A stretch of 64,000 bases of DNA from Armatimonadota bacterium (GTDB taxonomy: Bacteria > Armatimonadota > SYMT01): NCBI GenBank assembly GCA_041690135.1, contig JAWLHY010000012.1, forward strand, positions 32,001-96,000, given 5' to 3'. Positions 63,487 through 64,000 of this stretch are shown here, one piece after another. Under the pieces are notes generated by a model. The model was not told where the DNA came from and searched no databases. It worked only from the letters and a program-made list of their open reading frames with translations. Position 1 is the first letter of the stretch. Each line of letters starts with the position of its first letter. The position numbers and the translations under genes are program-made.

Positions 63487-64000
63487 ATGTCTCGCTCGCA
63501 TCGGGGCTTCACCTTGATCGAACTCCTCGTGGTGATAGCGATCATCGCCATCCTCGCCGCCATCCTGTTCCCTGTGTTCGCGAAGGCCCGTGAATCGGCG
63601 CGCCAGGCGAGTTGCACCAGCAATGCACGGCAGTTGGCCACGGGTCTCATGATGTACGCGCAGGATTACGACGAACTTTTGCCGCGGGTGTACACCGCGA
63701 CGGGTGGTCCCACCGGCGGCTCGCGCGACTGGACCACCGACTCCACGCCCTATATCAAGAACACTCAGGTCTTCATCTGCCCCAGCAAGCGCACACAGTC
63801 CCGTGGTTTCGGCTACAATACCTGGCTCGCTACCTCGACCGGCCGCTCCCTGGCGGATATCCAGGAAGTGTCCCGGACCTGCATTTTCAGCGAAATTCGC
63901 CAGGCTGTCGACCGTTCCTGGCCCTGGGGTTTCTATCCGGCGGATACGCGCTTCGAGCCGGAAACCCGCCACAACGAGGGCCTGGTGATGGCGTTCTGCG
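63487..64000 (+). CDS. prepilin-type N-methylation / DUF1559 protein (runs off the window)
   Basis: [36 protein letters not shown]...MYAQDYDE...[11 protein letters not shown]; not in the ORF track because it has no stop in the window. Confidence 0.92.
   Translation, partial: MSRSHRGFTLIELLVVIAIIAILAAILFPVFAKARESARQASCTSNARQLATGLMMYAQDYDELLPRVYTATGGPTGGSRDWTTDSTPYIKNTQVFICPSKRTQSRGFGYNTWLATSTGRSLADIQEVSRTCIFSEIRQAVDRSWPWGFYPADTRFEPETRHNEGLVMAFC

Overview
High-GC bacterial chromosomal segment, probably Armatimonadota or a similar lineage. This is inferred from the DUF1559-type prepilin, DUF1501, a Tat-exported Gfo/Idh/MocA protein, Uma2 paralogues and STN-only proteins. Family names are recognised from motifs by eye; no database search was run. 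Most of the window is housekeeping and accessory genes: parB with a perfect parS, a sugar ABC importer, yabE-like/rsmA/dgoD, an ECF sigma and anti-sigma pair, chrA, an ABC-2 exporter, a hybrid histidine kinase, mutM and glyQS. No rRNA, tRNA or CRISPR array was seen. Three things stand out. (1) An ~9 kb AT-richer island (43.6-52.6 kb) is bracketed by two collapsed in-frame chimeras of a class I DISARM system (drmD'-'drmMI and drmA'-'drmC). It carries an unusual gene fusing the N-terminal ~100 aa of ribosomal protein L11 to a winged-HTH and an OB-like domain, directly upstream of a ComEC-type metallo-beta-lactamase hydrolase; this is a candidate undescribed defence module. (2) A hidden selenoprotein: a signal peptide-cytochrome c-tandem rhodanese fusion whose active-site codon is UGA, followed by a SECIS-like hairpin. 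(3) A strongly structured ~145-nt leader between a near-consensus sigma70 promoter and a G5/3D cell-wall gene. Several families of dispersed REP-like palindromes and short tandem repeats are also present.
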